Shown here piece after piece: positions 1 through 8,402 of a DNA stretch of 64,000 nt; position 1 is the first letter of the stretch; each line of letters opens with the position of its first letter. Source of the DNA: a virus (lineage: Duplodnaviria; Caudoviricetes); the IMG/VR virus record IMGVR_UViG_3300032227_000570, positions 1 to 64,000 of that record. One strand, written 5' to 3'. A program made the translations under genes and the position numbers. The notes below the pieces were generated by a model. That model was given only the letters and a program-made list of their open reading frames with translations. It was not told the origin of the DNA and ran no database searches.

Positions 1-326
1 ATACCCTTTTCATGACGACGAGCAAGGTTGTTCTCACTGCTCTGGTATGCGTGTTCATTAGACTGAAGTTCACGTGCATTTGCGTGACCAACATTCATAC
101 GTTCAATTTCGTTGCCATGACCAACATTCATACGCTCAAGTTCTTGACCATGCTTACGGTCTGAACGAACGCTCTCTAATGCGTGTTGTGCTGCCATACG
201 GTGGATGTCTCCACTACGGCTGCTTCCCTTATCTTTGTTACCTGACCCTGTCATAAAAGATGCAAGGCGACCAATAAGGTCTGAGTTACCTGCGGGTGTT
301 CCCATTGGGATTTGATTCATAGACAT
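1..326 (-). CDS. hypothetical protein (runs off window edge) with 11-aa tandem repeat
   Basis: Manual translation from ATG at 326 (MSMNQIPMGTPAG...ELERMNVGHGNEIERMNVGHANARELQ...) stays open to position 1; not in ORF track. Confidence 0.7.
   Translation of the reverse strand, partial: MSMNQIPMGTPAGNSDLIGRLASFMTGSGNKDKGSSRSGDIHRMAAQHALESVRSDRKHGQELERMNVGHGNEIERMNVGHANARELQSNEHAYQSSENNLARRHEKG
85..150. repeat. 33-bp tandem duplication
   Basis: tgaccaacattcatacgYtcaa unit at 85 and 118. Confidence 0.85.
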
Positions 327-340
327 GGAGATATCTTCCC

Positions 341-709
341 TTAGTTTTTAGTTTTGCGTGGGCTAAGTGCCTTTATTGCTTCAAGAAGAGCAATGTGGTT
401 CTGGTGGCGGGCTATCTCAGCCTCTTCCAACTTCTGCTCTAGTTTGTCCTGACGCTGTTCAAGTCGAACCACTACGTCTTTGACGGACTTTCCACCATTG
501 TGGGTGAGTTCCCCATCCAACTTGTTTAATCGAGCCATAACGCCAGGAACAGCATCTCGCCCATCCATAGCCTCTTCACCTTCCCAGTCACGAATGAATT
601 TGCCCCAGGTGTCAAACAAGCCACTTACTTTCTTTAGTAGGTAGCCAACAACTAGTGAACCACTAATGATGATACCTATTAGGACTGAGATGGTTTCGAT
701 GCGAGTCAT
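341..709 (-). CDS. membrane protein with C-terminal coiled coil (holin-like accessory)
   Basis: N-terminal TM helix, NGGKSVKDVV motif typical of actinophage membrane proteins, heptad C-terminus. Confidence 0.65.
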   Translation of the reverse strand: MTRIETISVLIGIIISGSLVVGYLLKKVSGLFDTWGKFIRDWEGEEAMDGRDAVPGVMARLNKLDGELTHNGGKSVKDVVVRLEQRQDKLEQKLEEAEIARHQNHIALLEAIKALSPRKTKN

Positions 710-718
710 TGGATTAGG

Positions 719-886
719 TTAATCCTCTTCACGATTTCGGATTGGGTAAGTGATTGCCCAAGCAACAATTGTGCCCACAATCGCATATCCAACGATGGTC
801 TTAGCGGACCCATCAAGAACAACCCAGGCAATAAACATGCCTAGAAGGGTCCAGAGTTGGTCAATAAAGTCTTTAATAAGTTTCAT
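719..886 (-). CDS. small 2-TM membrane protein (55 aa)
   Basis: MKLIKDFIDQLWTLLGMFIAWVVLDGSAKTIVGYAIVGTIVAWAITYPIRNREED; TAATG coupling to upstream gene; below ORF-track cutoff. Confidence 0.75.
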   Translation of the reverse strand: MKLIKDFIDQLWTLLGMFIAWVVLDGSAKTIVGYAIVGTIVAWAITYPIRNREED

Positions 887-1110
887 TACTCATCATCCTT
901 TTTAGAGCCTTTTGCTCCGAAGTAGCCTCCAATAATTCCGATGACACCACCAAGAGCGGTTTGCACAAGAGTCATAACATCAGAGGAAACTTCTACAGGC
1001 TCTCCTGTAGAAACTGTTTCAATACCTGCAACTACGTAATCACCGATGATGGCAATTACAATTGCAGTCATTACTCCTGCTGCAAGGATGTACATTATTT
1101 TTTCTTTCAT
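886..1110 (-). CDS. small 2-TM membrane protein
   Basis: Two hydrophobic helices, GxxGxxGGYFG; ATGA overlap with upstream gene. Confidence 0.75.
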   Translation of the reverse strand: MKEKIMYILAAGVMTAIVIAIIGDYVVAGIETVSTGEPVEVSSDVMTLVQTALGGVIGIIGGYFGAKGSKKDDE

Positions 1111-3395
1111 GGCTTGCGTCTCCTAACGCCTTTACTCTCTCCTGATGAGCCTCCGCCACCAGAACTTCCACCGCCTCCAGAACCACCAGTGGATGACCCA
1201 CCTGTAGAACCAGCAGCAGCACCTACGGCGTTCATAGCAGCACCAGCAGCAACGACAGTAGCAACGACCATGTCGGTCGCTTCTTCTCGTTCTTCTGGTG
1301 ACATATCAGCACCGATGCTTCCCAACGCAAGTAAAACTTGACCTGGGTCTTCAAATAATGCACCGATTAGTTCTGCGGGATTTTCAAGCACGACAAGTGC
1401 AGCAGCAACTTCAGCAGTAATTATGACAGCGTTTCCGTTTTCGTCAGTTCTAACATCAACAGGAGTTTCAGCAGGAAGGTCTTTAAACTCAATACCTGCT
1501 GCTGCAATTGTTTCAGAAGTCAACGCTTCACCTGGTGCAACAGATGCGATTAAAGCCTCAGCAACAACTTCTTTTTCAGCCTCAGTTAACTTACCGTCAG
1601 CAAGAGCATCCTTAACAGCCTCTTCTACAGGAGTTGGTTCTGGTTCAGGGGTTTGTTCTGGTTCTGGTGTTGGTTCTGGTGTAGGCTCTTTCTCAACAGG
1701 TTCCTCAACAGGAGGTTCCTCGGTAGGAGGTTCTTGTGGTTCTTCAGACGGATTTTCTGGCTCTGGCTCTGGTGTCACTGGTGTTTCTGGTTCTTCTGGT
1801 TGTGTCGGTTCCTCAGTGGAAGGTTCTTCCACAGGAGTTTCGTCTTCTGATGAAGGCTCTTCTGGTTCTGGTTCCACTTCTGTGGGTGGCAATGGTTCTT
1901 CTGTTTCAGGCTCAGGGGTAGGTGGTTCAGGTGTTACTGGGTCTGGTGTTGGGGGTGTTGGTTGGACTGGCTCTGGCTGCGGGGTTGGGTCTACTGGTTG
2001 CGGTGCTGCTTCTACGGGAGTGGGAGCAGGAATGGGCAGAACGACTTGGGACTGCTGAACTGAAGCAATTACGGCAACGGCAGAAGCGACTGTGGAAGTA
2101 GCAACTTCCGCTTTAACCACTGCTGTCTCCGCTAACGTAACTGCTGTAGCAACTGCTACTTCTTTAGACGCTTGAAGAGTTGTTAGGTTTGCTTGTTCTG
2201 TTGTTAGGTTTGTTTGAGCAGTTGTTAGGTTTGCTACTGCTGTTGTTTTTTCTTCTACAAGAACCGTTAACACTGCTGTTTCTGTTGCAACTACTGCTGT
2301 TTGGCTTTCAATTTGAGCCGTTAAAGACTCATTAGTTACATTAATCATCGGCTTAATTGCTTGACCATTTGCTTCACGCACACCGATACGAGGACCACCA
2401 TAGAGTTGAGTGGTATTGCCAGCAACTGTACCGATTCCAGTCCACTCCCCACTTTCTGGATTAACCGTCATTAACCAATTAACATTAGTAAGAGGTCCGT
2501 TAGAATCACCAAAACGATGCAAGTCCCAATCAACTTCTAAAGTTGTTTCAGTAGTTTTTACAGTAATACCCGCTCCAGTACCTGCACTCATAAAGTCACT
2601 ACCAAACACAGAAATATGTGGCCCTGCGGGGAAATCCCAGTAATTAAAGTCGCCAACATCAAATGTGATGGTTGCTTTAGACGTTACATAAATCTGACTA
2701 CTTGTTCCCTGACCGTTGTAAACGGTGTTTCCCACTTTAATATCAAAAGGTGTTTGGATTTTAGTTGCAGCATCCCACATAGGGGGAAGAGTTGTGGTTG
2801 TCACTGTTGGGGTTTCAGGAGCAACAGGGGCTACATATCCCGCAGTTGTATAAGTCTTACTATCTGACGGAGTATTTTGAAGAGCAGTTAATTCTGAGGT
2901 TTCTGTAGCCACTACAGCAGTCTGTGAATCCATGGCGGTTATAGCAGTCATAACAACTGCCGTTGCAGAATCTACGGTAGTAACGGCTTGCGTTACTATT
3001 GCTGTTTGAGAGTCCACGGCTTGAATGGCTGTAGTAGCGACTGCTGTTGCTGAGTCCGCTGATGCAATAGCGGTCTGTGCTTCTGTAATCGCAGTTTGGG
3101 CTGTCTCTACTGCAGCCACAACTGTTGGCTCAGAAGAAACTGCGGGTGTTAAAGGTGCGGTAGTTGTAGCCAATGTTTCAACGGCTGTGGCTACAGTTGC
3201 TGTAGCACCGTCTACTTGTGTTTGAGCAATCGCTATGGTTGCTGTAGATGTGTCTATCTGTGCTAATACGGAGTCGGAGGCAGGAGTAACCTGCACAGTT
3301 ACCTCTTCGGCATGTGCTTCAGTTGGTGAAACTAGGGCTAATAGGATTCCGATAAATAAAGTGGCGAGAAGGTATTTGACTGCTTTCTGCAGCAA
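1107..3395 (-). CDS. large secreted, C-terminally anchored surface protein
   Basis: Signal peptide (AHA|EE), Ala/Thr/Val helical stalks, central NIDO-like beta domain (TPFDIKVGNTVY..IYVTSKATITF), Pro/Glu linker, hydrophobic C-terminal helix, Gly/Ser tract, RRRKP tail. Confidence 0.75.
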   Translation of the reverse strand: MLQKAVKYLLATLFIGILLALVSPTEAHAEEVTVQVTPASDSVLAQIDTSTATIAIAQTQVDGATATVATAVETLATTTAPLTPAVSSEPTVVAAVETAQTAITEAQTAIASADSATAVATTAIQAVDSQTAIVTQAVTTVDSATAVVMTAITAMDSQTAVVATETSELTALQNTPSDSKTYTTAGYVAPVAPETPTVTTTTLPPMWDAATKIQTPFDIKVGNTVYNGQGTSSQIYVTSKATITFDVGDFNYWDFPAGPHISVFGSDFMSAGTGAGITVKTTETTLEVDWDLHRFGDSNGPLTNVNWLMTVNPESGEWTGIGTVAGNTTQLYGGPRIGVREANGQAIKPMINVTNESLTAQIESQTAVVATETAVLTVLVEEKTTAVANLTTAQTNLTTEQANLTTLQASKEVAVATAVTLAETAVVKAEVATSTVASAVAVIASVQQSQVVLPIPAPTPVEAAPQPVDPTPQPEPVQPTPPTPDPVTPEPPTPEPETEEPLPPTEVEPEPEEPSSEDETPVEEPSTEEPTQPEEPETPVTPEPEPENPSEEPQEPPTEEPPVEEPVEKEPTPEPTPEPEQTPEPEPTPVEEAVKDALADGKLTEAEKEVVAEALIASVAPGEALTSETIAAAGIEFKDLPAETPVDVRTDENGNAVIITAEVAAALVVLENPAELIGALFEDPGQVLLALGSIGADMSPEEREEATDMVVATVVAAGAAMNAVGAAAGSTGGSSTGGSGGGGSSGGGGSSGESKGVRRRKP
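2179..2241. repeat. 21-bp x3 tandem repeat encoding heptads (ANLTTAQ/TNLTTEQ/ANLTTLQ)
   Basis: gttgttaggtttg units at 2179, 2200, 2221. Confidence 0.85.
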
Positions 3396-3410
3396 TTGGT
3401 CTCCTTGGGT

Positions 3411-3578
3411 TTAGTTTTTCTGAGGAACCCAATTCCGATTTATTCTAAACTCTTTAGGGGATGAATCATTAATAGATTCCCCCATAACACCTTTGCCACG
3501 ACTTGCCCACGTAATAATTGACGGGTTTTCTTCCGATTTAAATTGAACACCAGATACGTTGGTGTTCTGTTCTCTCAT
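3411..3578 (-). CDS. hypothetical protein (55 aa)
   Basis: Manual ORF MREQNTNVSGVQFKSEENPS... fills the gap between genes. Confidence 0.5.
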   Translation of the reverse strand: MREQNTNVSGVQFKSEENPSIITWASRGKGVMGESINDSSPKEFRINRNWVPQKN

Positions 3579-3592
3579 TAACTTATTACACC

Positions 3593-3636
3593 AAAAAAAT
3601 AATCCGTAGGCTGGTTAAACCTACGGATTGTTTTTT
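3593..3636. terminator. bidirectional intrinsic terminator
   Basis: A7-aatccgtagg/cctacggatt 10-bp stem-T6. Confidence 0.8.
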
Positions 3637-3907
3637 AACTTATTGGTGTTGGTAATGGGACAGGTTCTGGAGTGTCAACATCTGACTCATCCCAACTATC
3701 TGGGACATCTTGTTCTGCATTTGGGTCTTCACTTGGGAACATTTGGTCCCACTCTTCTTGCGTAGGCATTGTAGGTGTCTGTCCTGTTGGACCATTGTTA
3801 ATTGTGTTGTCGTGAATATCGACTGGGATTTGCATAGGAGCGTTCATAGAACACCCTGTTAGCAATAGCGGAGTTAGTAAAGCGGGTATTAATAGTTTCG
3901 GATTCAT
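3635..3907 (-). CDS. lipoprotein
   Basis: Lipobox LLLTGC after hydrophobic leader; leaderless TACTGT-N6-ATG. Confidence 0.7.
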   Translation of the reverse strand: MNPKLLIPALLTPLLLTGCSMNAPMQIPVDIHDNTINNGPTGQTPTMPTQEEWDQMFPSEDPNAEQDVPDSWDESDVDTPEPVPLPTPIS

Positions 3908-3992
3908 GCCAGCACAGTAACACCAGGATAGAAAAAACGCTAGTGTCTTAAAGAAGGTGATAAGGTATGAGCATACTTCTTTAGAAGTATAC

Positions 3993-4041
3993 GCCTCTGG
4001 TCCCTCGGTACAAATGTACCTTTCGGGGAGGGACCAGGGGC
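3993..4041. terminator. branched stem-loop, terminator-like
   Basis: gcctctggtccctc/gagggaccaggggc stem enclosing ggtaca/tgtacc hairpin, right after the stop of 4045-4305. Confidence 0.5.
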
Positions 4042-4044
4042 ATT

Positions 4045-4305
4045 TTAATTTACAGCCATGCCTCCAACGGCACTTACGCCTGAGCCTTCTGAGGCTGAAG
4101 CGGTCTCACCCATAGGTGATACTGGGTCATTAGGTGGGCCATAAGAAGTCATCTGACCATAACCGCTTCTTTGGTCAGTGTATGCAGGGTAGTAGCCCCA
4201 CCAAAAACCGTTACCAACAAAACCTTTGTCTGGGTTTAGTTGTCCCATCTTGCGTATACGCTCTTCTTGAGAAATCGCATCCGCAAACTGCTCACGGTTT
4301 AACAT
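4045..4305 (-). CDS. hypothetical protein (N-terminal LNREQF motif)
   Basis: ORF track; TAATG coupling. Confidence 0.6.
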   Translation of the reverse strand: MLNREQFADAISQEERIRKMGQLNPDKGFVGNGFWWGYYPAYTDQRSGYGQMTSYGPPNDPVSPMGETASASEGSGVSAVGGMAVN

Positions 4306-4487
4306 TACACAGCAGCCAATGACGGATGAAGAATACGCTCTGGGTCTTCAATAGTTACAGCAACTTCTTTAATCTTTGAGGCAAACTCTTTAGCATGATG
4401 CCCACAGAACAATAACTCACCGTTTAATAGAACTGCTCGTACTTTTGCAGCAGCAGTACAACGGTCACAACGGTCGTTTGCGTTCAT
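4305..4487 (-). CDS. small Zn-finger protein of the actinobacterial DRCDRC...LLFCGHH type
   Basis: CxxC...CxHH ligands. Confidence 0.7.
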   Translation of the reverse strand: MNANDRCDRCTAAAKVRAVLLNGELLFCGHHAKEFASKIKEVAVTIEDPERILHPSLAAV

Positions 4488-4777
4488 TTCTTTTTCCTCG
4501 CTCTGTCTGTATTGCCTTTGGCAATATTCTTCTTGGCTGACATTACTCTTAAATTGGAAGATGAATCGTTTGTTCTGTCATTGTTCTTGTGGTCAACATG
4601 TTCGTCTGCACGAAGTTTCCTACCTAGTTGCTTTTCTTTCTTGTCACGTGCCTGATTACTCGTTGTAGTGGTTTGAGTCTTTGGGTCGTAAGTAGTAACT
4701 ACTTTGCGACCTTTGTTCTTACCGCTCTTAATTGTGTAAGGTCCGTATGTGACTTTCTTTTTACTAGGTAGGGTCAT
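4484..4777 (-). CDS. HNH endonuclease
   Basis: LGRKL..DEHVDHKNNDRTNDSSSNLRVMSAKKN HNH signature. Confidence 0.8.
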   Translation of the reverse strand: MTLPSKKKVTYGPYTIKSGKNKGRKVVTTYDPKTQTTTTSNQARDKKEKQLGRKLRADEHVDHKNNDRTNDSSSNLRVMSAKKNIAKGNTDRARKKK

Positions 4778-4789
4778 TCGTCTACTTCC

Positions 4790-5344
4790 TTATTTGCCGC
4801 AGCAACTGCAAACTGCAGGTGCTACTGGAGCAGCAGGTGCTGCACCTTTGAACTTAGGACGACCAAAGCCTACAATGGAAATCATCTCTCCAGCCTTGTT
4901 CTTCTTAAATCCACGAAGTTTCTTTGAAACCTGTCCGCCATTTCTTTGGCTTCCCTTTTTATCTGGGCTGGTGTTTCCTTCGATACACCAAACAGTTCCA
5001 TCACCGTTGTCCTTGATAACAATTCCTACGTGAGAAATTCTATCGACACCATCTGCGGGGAAATCAAAATAGGCAATATCTCCTGGTTCTGGGTCTGCAA
5101 CATCTCCGTCAATCCAAGCACCAGCCTTTTTAAATGCTGATGCTCCACCAGGTGTGTAAACAGTATTAGGAACCTTTACACCAGCCTCATTTGCACACCA
5201 GTTTACGAAAGAACCGCACCATGGTTGAAAGTTAGCCTTTGTGTAAGCACCGTACTTTGTTTCATTATCTTTAGGACCCTCGATATAACCGAGTTCTCCT
5301 GTTGCAACCTCAATCAGACGGGCTGCTGTACCTTGGTCTGCCAT
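4790..5344 (-). CDS. CHAP-domain endolysin
   Basis: QPWCGSFVNW, PGDIAYFD, SHVGIV, IEGNT motifs; start moved to ATG 5344, coupled to the holin stop. Confidence 0.85.
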   Translation of the reverse strand: MADQGTAARLIEVATGELGYIEGPKDNETKYGAYTKANFQPWCGSFVNWCANEAGVKVPNTVYTPGGASAFKKAGAWIDGDVADPEPGDIAYFDFPADGVDRISHVGIVIKDNGDGTVWCIEGNTSPDKKGSQRNGGQVSKKLRGFKKNKAGEMISIVGFGRPKFKGAAPAAPVAPAVCSCCGK

Positions 5345-5763
5345 TAGTTGTTCTCCTCTTTCGCCCAATCTTCATCTACAGGCTGCTCATCTGGAACTTG
5401 TCCTTCAGGCTTAGTTGCTGTTGCAGGAAGAACCGCTGTTCCACCATCAGCCTTGATAAGGATGTCCTGACCGTTTTGCTTTGCCTCAACCTTAAGGTCG
5501 GCTGCTGTCTTTGAGTTAACATCAACTGCTGCAAACGCTGCATTGATTTCATCAAGGTCAAGTTTTCCATCGTTCATAAATCCACGAGCAAGTTTTTCAA
5601 CAACTGCTGCTACTGCTGTAAGACCAGCAACTGTGACGGCTTTAACTGTAGAAATACCAGCAATAGCACCAGCACCAATTACGCCAAGACCACTAGCAGC
5701 AAATACGGCAACAATTCTAAGTAGGATGTTGCCTAATCCTTTAATTCCGTTTTTCATATCCAA
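5344..5763 (-). CDS. putative holin
   Basis: Two TM helices, DGKLDLDEINAAF, immediately upstream of the endolysin. Confidence 0.65.
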   Translation of the reverse strand: MDMKNGIKGLGNILLRIVAVFAASGLGVIGAGAIAGISTVKAVTVAGLTAVAAVVEKLARGFMNDGKLDLDEINAAFAAVDVNSKTAADLKVEAKQNGQDILIKADGGTAVLPATATKPEGQVPDEQPVDEDWAKEENN

Positions 5764-5914
5764 ATGACTCCTTTATCGCATTGTTTTTTTGACTTCTACG
5801 GTCACGGTTCCTATTAGTGCGACGGTCATTGAAAATAGCGGTTTGTTGATTCAGTTTATAGTTTCCAGGTGCACCAGCAGTTACATCAACTTTGGTTGGT
5901 TTCTTTTTTGGCAC
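5741..5914 (-). CDS. small basic protein (57 aa)
   Basis: Manual ORF from GTG: MPKKKPTKVDV...DRRTNRNRDRRSQKNNAIKES. Confidence 0.45.
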   Translation of the reverse strand: MPKKKPTKVDVTAGAPGNYKLNQQTAIFNDRRTNRNRDRRSQKNNAIKESFGYEKRN

Positions 5915-5932
5915 CTACCGAGTGTAAGGCTT

Positions 5933-6475
5933 TTACTCGTACTTGTACTGCTCTTTTTTCATAAATGGGCCAGAGGTGTAGGCATCTTGAGATGCGGCAA
6001 TCTTGATTGCCTCCAGAGGCGTAGCACCCGCCATAATCGCTCCTATGGCGTATTTAGAGCCAGACCCTACTCCGTATACCCCGTCGTCTCTCATACCCAC
6101 TGAGAGGTCGTCATCAACGCTAAATAGGTGCCCTGCAACAGCGATGATAAAGGCAAATCGAGTTTCACCATCAGACTCTGCATCAAAGTTAAATCCGTTA
6201 TCAATTAGGCACTTGCGAAGAGAAGGAACCACTTTTGAAATCATGAAGTGGTAAACGTCTTTTAAATCTTTTTCGGTGGGTGAAGGTGGTATCCAAATAT
6301 GCTGTGCAACATCACAAGGCATTGCTTCACCAGAACCTGCAATTAAAAAATCCCCACGCTTTGAAATCTTAACCATTTTAGAATGGTTGAACTTCCTACC
6401 GTCACCACCAGTAGTTTGGTTATCGCAATAGATAACGCACTTCTCATCATGTTGAATAGCAACAATCGTGGTCAT
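5933..6475 (-). CDS. HslV/proteasome beta-subunit-like Ntn protease
   Basis: MTTIVAI (Thr nucleophile after Met removal), KI..RG, IAGSG, GVGSGSKYAIGA; start reassigned to 6475. Confidence 0.8.
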   Translation of the reverse strand: MTTIVAIQHDEKCVIYCDNQTTGGDGRKFNHSKMVKISKRGDFLIAGSGEAMPCDVAQHIWIPPSPTEKDLKDVYHFMISKVVPSLRKCLIDNGFNFDAESDGETRFAFIIAVAGHLFSVDDDLSVGMRDDGVYGVGSGSKYAIGAIMAGATPLEAIKIAASQDAYTSGPFMKKEQYKYE

Positions 6476-6494
6476 GGGGGTTCCCTTAAATAGG

Positions 6495-6530
6495 TGGGGG
6501 GTCAAGTATTAGTTTACCCTTGACCCCCCA
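6495..6530. terminator. perfect 12-bp inverted repeat between genes
   Basis: tggggggtcaag/cttgacccccca. Confidence 0.55.
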
Positions 6531-6541
6531 GTTTAAAATGC

Positions 6542-6820
6542 CTACTTATCACCCTTATAGGTGAGTTCGCCAATAAACTCTGCTGGCTTACCTTTTACAT
6601 CAACTACTGTGGTAGCAACCATCTTGATGCTTTTACGAGGGGTTTTCTTAACTACTTCTTCCTTTAGCCAACGCTTTGCAGCAGAGGCGTTCTTCCAAGC
6701 AGATACAACACCTGCTTCGGTGTTTTCACCATTTCCATCAATAACGTAAGAGGCAAGCCATCCGCCAGCCTTTGACTGATTGAGTCGTAGTGTTGCTTTG
6801 AATGAGTAACTTTTCTTCAC
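6542..6820 (-). CDS. hypothetical protein
   Basis: ORF track; aaggag RBS. Confidence 0.7.
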   Translation of the reverse strand: MKKSYSFKATLRLNQSKAGGWLASYVIDGNGENTEAGVVSAWKNASAAKRWLKEEVVKKTPRKSIKMVATTVVDVKGKPAEFIGELTYKGDK

Positions 6821-6873
6821 GGAGTCTCCTTAGTTTGCGAAGTTATTCCCCACCCTACCACTAGGATGGGGGT

Positions 6874-7080
6874 ATGGCGTTAAAAGACATCAATTTTCGG
6901 GGAATACCTACACATGAGTGTCCAGTGTGTCAGTCACGCCTCTTTAAGATATATGCGTCCTTTGAGGACTACGACATAGCCCTATGGGGTGTTGATGGGG
7001 AATGTGCGGAGTGTGGGGCAGAGGTAACGGTTCCTTGCCCAGTAGATGCTCCAGAGTACAAAGCACTCAATGAAGATTAG
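6874..7080 (+). CDS. Zn-ribbon protein
   Basis: RGIPTHECPVC...ECAECG; leaderless TAGGAT-N6-ATG. Confidence 0.7.
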   Translation: MALKDINFRGIPTHECPVCQSRLFKIYASFEDYDIALWGVDGECAECGAEVTVPCPVDAPEYKALNED

Positions 7081-7127
7081 GAGCAGTTTTACGACAATGC
7101 TCAGGTCCCCAGCCACTCGTGGGCTGA
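7081..7127 (-). ncRNA. hairpin plus compact H-type pseudoknot candidate
   Basis: Minus strand CAGCCCACGAGUGGCUG hairpin, then GAC-CU-GAGCA-UU-GUC-GUAAAAC-UGCUC (P1 GAC/GUC, P2 GAGCA/UGCUC). Confidence 0.4.
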
Positions 7128-7146
7128 CGACTTAAGAATAGGTTAT

Positions 7147-7374
7147 TTAAGCGTGGGTGCGTTCGCAAACGCACTTGCAGTTATCCACGAAGCAGACGCT
7201 ACTGTCGTAGAGTTCGTGGTCGCATTTGATGCACTTCGCCATTAAACGTTCCTTTGCTTTGTCGTGGTGCTTGATTTCGCACCCACGTGCCAGGTCTGGA
7301 ACAACATAGTGCTTCTGACACACTTTGCACTTCCACGCCTCATAACGAGAGTCCCGCACTGACCTATTGTGCAC
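7147..7374 (-). CDS. Cys-rich small protein
   Basis: CxxC..CxxxH plus CxxC..C..CxC. Confidence 0.55.
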   Translation of the reverse strand: MHNRSVRDSRYEAWKCKVCQKHYVVPDLARGCEIKHHDKAKERLMAKCIKCDHELYDSSVCFVDNCKCVCERTHA

Positions 7375-7386
7375 CGCCGAGGATGG

Positions 7387-7596
7387 TTATGAGTTCCAAA
7401 GTTCATCTTCTTTAGCCAGGATTGCTTCAAGGTCTTCTGGCTTCTTTATTTTCGATACTTGAGAGAAGTACTCCTCTTTGGACTTAATCTTCTTATTTAT
7501 CTCTGGGTGGTCCCATTGAGACTTCTTTCCTAGATGCTTTGCAGTCATCTGGGACTGATGATGCTTGTACTGGTCTAGTACTGCTGAACCGTTCAT
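7387..7596 (-). CDS. hypothetical protein ending EDELWNS
   Basis: Start at ATG 7596 overlaps the upstream TGA (ATGA). Confidence 0.6.
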   Translation of the reverse strand: MNGSAVLDQYKHHQSQMTAKHLGKKSQWDHPEINKKIKSKEEYFSQVSKIKKPEDLEAILAKEDELWNS

Positions 7597-7739
7597 CGGG
7601 TGATTCTCCTTATCTCCGTTCCACATTGGGAACAACTTCCGATTGCTACATAACGTCCAGAGTCAGTTTGCTTTATCGCTATCAATGGCTCTGTCTTGTT
7701 GTCCTTACATTTCACACAGTATGCACTCATGGTCTCCAT
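7593..7739 (-). CDS. DUF5679-like Zn-ribbon protein (48 aa)
   Basis: METMSAYCVKCK...SGRYVAIGSCSQCGTEIRRI; leaderless TACGCT-N6-ATG; manual call. Confidence 0.7.
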   Translation of the reverse strand: METMSAYCVKCKDNKTEPLIAIKQTDSGRYVAIGSCSQCGTEIRRITR

Positions 7740-7891
7740 ACCTGAAGCGTACACCTCGAAACGCCCGAAGCCTCCAAAGCCAAATAGCCCCCTATGTGCA
7801 CTAGGAGGCTATCTGTGAATAAGTTTGACTTCGTGACCCAAGGAAGGCAGACGGTTCGCTCACCATGTGGCTCCACGCTGCAAGACCTACG

Positions 7892-7990
7892 TTACTCGTT
7901 ATCTGTCTTATTGTCATCTTGCTTGCAGTTGCAACCTTGGCAACCACATGTGGTTGGAGCAGGTGCTCCGAATCCAGGCATAACAGCCAT
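7892..7990 (-). CDS. 32-aa Cys-cluster peptide
   Basis: MAVMPGFGAPAPTTCGCQGCNCKQDDNKTDNE with gaaggga RBS; manual call. Confidence 0.45.
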   Translation of the reverse strand: MAVMPGFGAPAPTTCGCQGCNCKQDDNKTDNE

Positions 7991-8003
7991 GGTGACTCCC
8001 TTC

Positions 8004-8147
8004 TTAACAACTAGAGCAGTAGTTTATAACTCTAACGTTCTTTCTTGCTGTTTGGTAACTTCGACCGCATCGACCGCAGGAGACTATGACCATACGTTCA
8101 GGCTTTACACGTCGGTCTCTTCGTAGTTCTAATCCAAATGCGTACAT
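8004..8147 (-). CDS. Zn-ribbon peptide (47 aa)
   Basis: CGRCG...YCSSC; leaderless TATCCT-N6-ATG; manual call. Confidence 0.55.
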   Translation of the reverse strand: MYAFGLELRRDRRVKPERMVIVSCGRCGRSYQTARKNVRVINYCSSC

Positions 8148-8207
8148 GGCTATAGGATAGACCCATCGGCTACTGCCTAGCAAGCCCTATGTGAAAATTG
8201 TTGCGGA

Positions 8208-8402
8208 CTACTCGTTAGTCACTGTGTCTATGCGACGCACCGTGACTGGTCCTGCTAGTGAAGCCCAGTACTCCTCTTCGCTACGTAGCCTCTTGGCAGC
8301 CCTGGCTTTTGCACCCTTGGTGTACTCCAGGCTACCCCCCATTGATGTGCCCGTTGACTTTCCACGAGTCACTGCTGTCTTGCTTCCCTTTTTTGATGCC
8401 AT
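8208..8402 (-). CDS. small basic protein
   Basis: ORF track; leaderless TAAAGT-N6-ATG. Confidence 0.65.
   Translation of the reverse strand: MASKKGSKTAVTRGKSTGTSMGGSLEYTKGAKARAAKRLRSEEEYWASLAGPVTVRRIDTVTNE

Noticed and set aside
1423-2058. 211-aa Gly/Ser-rich plus-strand ORF and similar antisense ORFs (13482-13862, 31710-32090, 52303-52812)
   Set aside because: Shadows of low-complexity or strongly codon-biased genes on the opposite strand; no RBS or motifs.
5755-5763. Holin dual-start motif (TTG-GAT-ATG)
   Set aside because: The spacer residue is Asp rather than the basic residue of the lambda S paradigm; the start is simply ambiguous.
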